Assembly (NCBI GenBank): GCA_963693365.1
Contig: CAVNZM010000005.1
Span: 4,533,167-4,597,166, forward strand
From: Amoebidium appalachense
Lineage: Eukaryota > Protista > Ichthyosporea
DNA: 64,000 nt
Direction: 5' to 3'
Under the pieces are notes generated by a model. The model ran no database searches and had not been told where the DNA came from. It was given only the letters and a program-made list of their open reading frames with translations. The position numbers and the translations under genes are program-made. Below, one piece after another: positions 51,371-64,000 of the stretch. Numbering within the stretch: the first letter of the stretch is position 1; each line of letters starts with the position of its first letter.

Positions 51371-52622
51371 TGAGGGAGAGAGAGAGGGGGGGGGAGGGGG
51401 AAGAGGAGGAGGAGTAGAAGAAAGATTCAGACCCAGAGGGGAGAAGGGAGAAGGAGGATGAGTGTGTCCGGAGAGAGAGAATCACAGGTTCCAATTGCAA
51501 GATTGAGTGGAGATGGGCAGTGAGGGACGAAAAACTTAACAGCAACCGTGCAGTTTGCGATGGTTTGTCTCTCGTGATCGAGTTGCTTGTATACACGTAT
51601 TCGAAACACGTGCTAAAACTTGCTTCAGAAAGCACGCACAATGGCAATAATGTCTTTAGTGACTATTATTAGAGGGGTCATGGTTGCAATAGTTCTCTAT
51701 GTAACAGATTTGAAGCGTTCACTCATGAGTGAAAGTCCGCCGGCGATATATCAGTTGTCAGTGTTGAAAGGCACTGGTTGGTATGTGGCTTGAATGAGAG
51801 CACATTCCTTTAGATAAACACTCCTAAAAGACACCAATCGTTTGAGCTATCAAGATCGCTGAGCGGCAACACCCAAGCGTCAGGCTATCACGGTGAAACC
51901 AATATAACGGTAGTTTAATTGCTTATGATTGGTAAAAAATAATTTTACAAAAACAAAACAATTAATGTCACGTCATCAGATGCTTCTCGGCAGAAACGAG
52001 GCAAATAGATATCAGGTCTAGTGGGAGTCTCTTCAAGATCTAAGAAGACGTCCTTTTTTCAACTAGATTTCATGACTAAAATGTCGCCGAAAATCGTTAT
52101 AAGCACCAAATAAAAAATAAATGTACTATTAAACCTAAAAAAAAGCCTTGAATGCTTGTATTTACAAAATGGATCCTCAACAACAGAACATTTCGTTGGT
52201 AATTTTAACTGCCTTTTATACAAATTTCCCGCTTTCTTTGCCCCCCCTTTTCCCGAGATACATATAAGCCGCACTTTCAGGCGGTCACCCTTACTTCCCG
52301 GCCATTCTGTGCCATGTGTAACGGTTTTGAGGTGTGCCAAAACACGGGTCTCGATTTCCAATGAACTAAACACATACCTACATTAGAGATGCACACAGTG
52401 GTTCTATGCGTCGGTGGGCATATGCCTTGCTAGTAAAACCTTAGTGCATGCTATACATCTTTTCGGGCGAATGTTGACGAAAGAGTACGCACCCCGAGGC
52501 AGACCATAGAGAAACACCAAAAAGGGCTACACAAGCACGTACACACCGACACACTTGAAGGCGTACGAAAACACATTGGGCAGAAAATTACCAGTATATC
52601 AACACCAGCACATCTTTATTTT

Positions 52623-58570
<5,948 letters not shown>

Positions 58571-58602
58571 AGGGAGGGTGTGGGGTTGGTGTGGGTAGGG
58601 GT

Positions 58603-58642
<40 letters not shown>

Positions 58643-59969
58643 CTGGATTACTGGCCTAGTGGTAGTGGCAGAGAGATGTAGGGAGGGGGGGAAGGGGGGG
58701 GGGGGTGGGGGGGGGGGGGGGTGTAAAGGGGGAGGGACTTAAGGTGGGGGGAGGGGGGAGGGATAACTCAATGGCGAATGTAGTATACACACACAACACG
58801 CGCACATGGTAGGTAGACACCCACAGTATGTAGTGCCACTAATACAAACGTACACATACGTGCATCTATAGTGCACGCCACAACGCTTATCTACACGTGA
58901 AGTTACTGTCAGACGAATTAGCTTTGTCAGTGATATGACAATGTAATATGTTGTTAGAATGATGTCTCGTTATGCTGATAATTATAATACATCATGCTAA
59001 ATGGGGAAGTTCAGTTGTATTACGAAGCCAGTCTATGGCCAATATGTAAAGTAGCAATCTTTGAGACCTTAGCTTACAGTAATAGTGTGACAAGGAACGA
59101 AAGTCGTTAATTCGATGTGTACCTATATTGGAAATGTAAAAATTATAAAATATGAAACATTGTAAGCGTTCGGGCACTTCACCTTTGGTCCCAAGACAGT
59201 GAGCTTTACATTAGTGGGAGCAAGTGAAATTGCTAACGGGGGGGGGGGAGGGGGGGGGGACTTCAAGGAGAGTAAGAGGGGGGGAGGGGGTGCAAAAAGA
59301 CCTCCCGAATTGAAGGGGCGGGGGACGGGGGAGTAGAGGGACGGGAGTTTTTTGGGGAGGGGGAGGGGTGGGGGGTGGGGGGGGGGGGGGGGGGGGGGGG
59401 GGGGTAGCAGGAGAAGGAACATCCGGAAGCCCCAGCTAGTATTGAAGAGCAGAGACAAAACGTAGCCTAGAGGTCTCACAGTATAAAGTGTATTGATGTA
59501 GGTTTTTTTTCTTTTTTTCCTTTCTTTTTCTTCCCTTGGGTGTGGGGGCGGTAGAGGCGGGGAGTGGGGGCAACAATATGATTGCAATTGAATACAGTAG
59601 CAGACTAAATTCGAAGGGTGCCCACGGCCCTCTGAACACAGTGTTCAGAGCTGGCCGTGGCCTAGATATCGATCGTGAGATGTTTTTATTAGGCTGCTGC
59701 CGGACAAACTTCATGATTGCAAGCTGCCGTTGGCCATATGAAATTTGTGGCCATGCTTGTGCTAAGAAAGGGCATGTGGGCCTCGATACTCTATATGAAC
59801 GGAGCCCTTTTCTCCCAGGGCCGAGAAACATTGTGCCATTGTGTAGGGCCGCCCATTTGCCTTCAAAAAACACGAGGAGGAGGAGCTTGCTGCGTGCGGG
59901 TGCAGCGCATGTTAGAATGCGATGTTGGGTGGGGTGCAGGTGGGTAAGTGTGTACGTGCACGTGCGTAC

Positions 59970-60034
<65 letters not shown>

Positions 60035-61070
60035 TTAGTGGGTGGGGGGGAGCGGGGTTAGGGGGTGGAAGGGGACGGGGAGGAGGAGGGGGACGGGCGG
60101 GAGGGTGCACCGACGTGGTTTAGTGAGCCCTTCTGCTTCTTCTGCGTGAAGAACAGTGACTATCCCGGCTGCTCTCTTGCGAGGACAAACCCCGAAACTG
60201 AAACTGAAGAACGCGCATGCTTGGCATGCATGACAACACGAAACAGTTTTCCATGGGCATGCATATCGCACATACCACGCCCTTCATATATGAGCAGTGA
60301 GGTAAAGGGGGAGGCAAGGCTAGGTTTGAAGCTCAATGTTTTGTTTACTTCACGCAAGGTCTTCGGTTGCGTAAGAAACTTCTAGTCGGGGACGAAAGAA
60401 ACTTCCAGGCGTCGAACCATTTTGTGTGGCGCGGAAACTTGTGCTTTCCACATATATACCGGTAGCGTGCACTAAGGTCGTCCAATAGGAATGAAGGTGC
60501 TCAAATTCGATTGGTGTTTGCGGAATGAGCTGAAGGCGGTATCCAATCAACATCAAAGATGAAGATATTCCTTGGGTAATCATCAACCGGCAAGAATCCA
60601 ACAACATGAGAATTGGGTGATTAGCTAATTCGCTGGATGAAATAGTTGAGGGAATAAAGGTTTCAAGGATTGTTTACATGTAAATTGATTTAAAGCAATA
60701 GCAACATTTTTTATTATTATATAATTTATAAGCATTGCTTTTATGCTATTTTGTTATCCTTTGTTTTTGTATTTTTTCTGAGATCAATTTTACGAAATGA
60801 GACCTCACGATTCTTATGAATTCTACACCGGTAGGCGAACACTAATAGGATATATATCATGCAGTTGTCTTTCCAGATCTGTGTTACATGTTGGTCTCAA
60901 GAAACGTGGAAGCTGTAACGGCAGCTTCACTTATATTGTAATTTTGTTTACCTGTCGACTGAAGCCCAAAGAACTCCACCAAAGTAGTATAACCTTCACG
61001 TTTTCCTCGGTGTAAACAACTGTTCCGTAGATAAACACGCAGTTTGCGTATTTTTTACTTGCACACTTTC

Positions 61071-63898
<2,828 letters not shown>

Positions 63899-63910
63899 GT
63901 GTGTGTGTGT

Positions 63911-63942
<32 letters not shown>

Positions 63943-64000
63943 TGTGTTGTGTTGTGTATTGAGTGGCTGTGCTAGAGTATGTGAAGATCTTCGATGAATA

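Noticed and set aside
59536-60607. ORFs between the kelch gene and SQLE
   Set aside because: No recognisable homology; partly extended by repeats.

Overview
Eukaryotic genomic DNA, intron-rich, with introns and spacers full of (C)n/(G)n, (CA)n/(GT)n and (CT)n/(GA)n tracts; most entries in the ORF track are translations of these repeats. The gene set suggests a unicellular opisthokont or holozoan (inference). Four spliced + strand genes were reconstructed by eye: SEC31 (31 exons in the window, first exon upstream), a PP1 glycogen-targeting subunit (RVxF + CBM21), a KLHDC1/2-like kelch protein, and squalene monooxygenase (runs off the 3' end). Also present: an intronic tRNA-Ala(AGC), an intronless ERF4/GOLGA7-like ORF broken by two stops, a LINE 3' fragment, two copies of a MITE with apparent 7-bp TSDs, a 64-bp hairpin minisatellite, a 31-bp CCAAT array and a long hairpin with tandem G.A loops. 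The most interesting signal is a set of (C)n-targeted insertions in SEC31 introns linked to a Penelope-like RT fragment. It includes a ~450-bp head-to-tail monomer with a 14-bp TSD. Its subfamilies share a ~160-nt covarying, pseudoknotted RNA module that does not fit hammerhead or HDV consensus, making it a candidate new ribozyme or RT-binding RNA in a retrozyme-like system. All calls are by eye; no searches were run.
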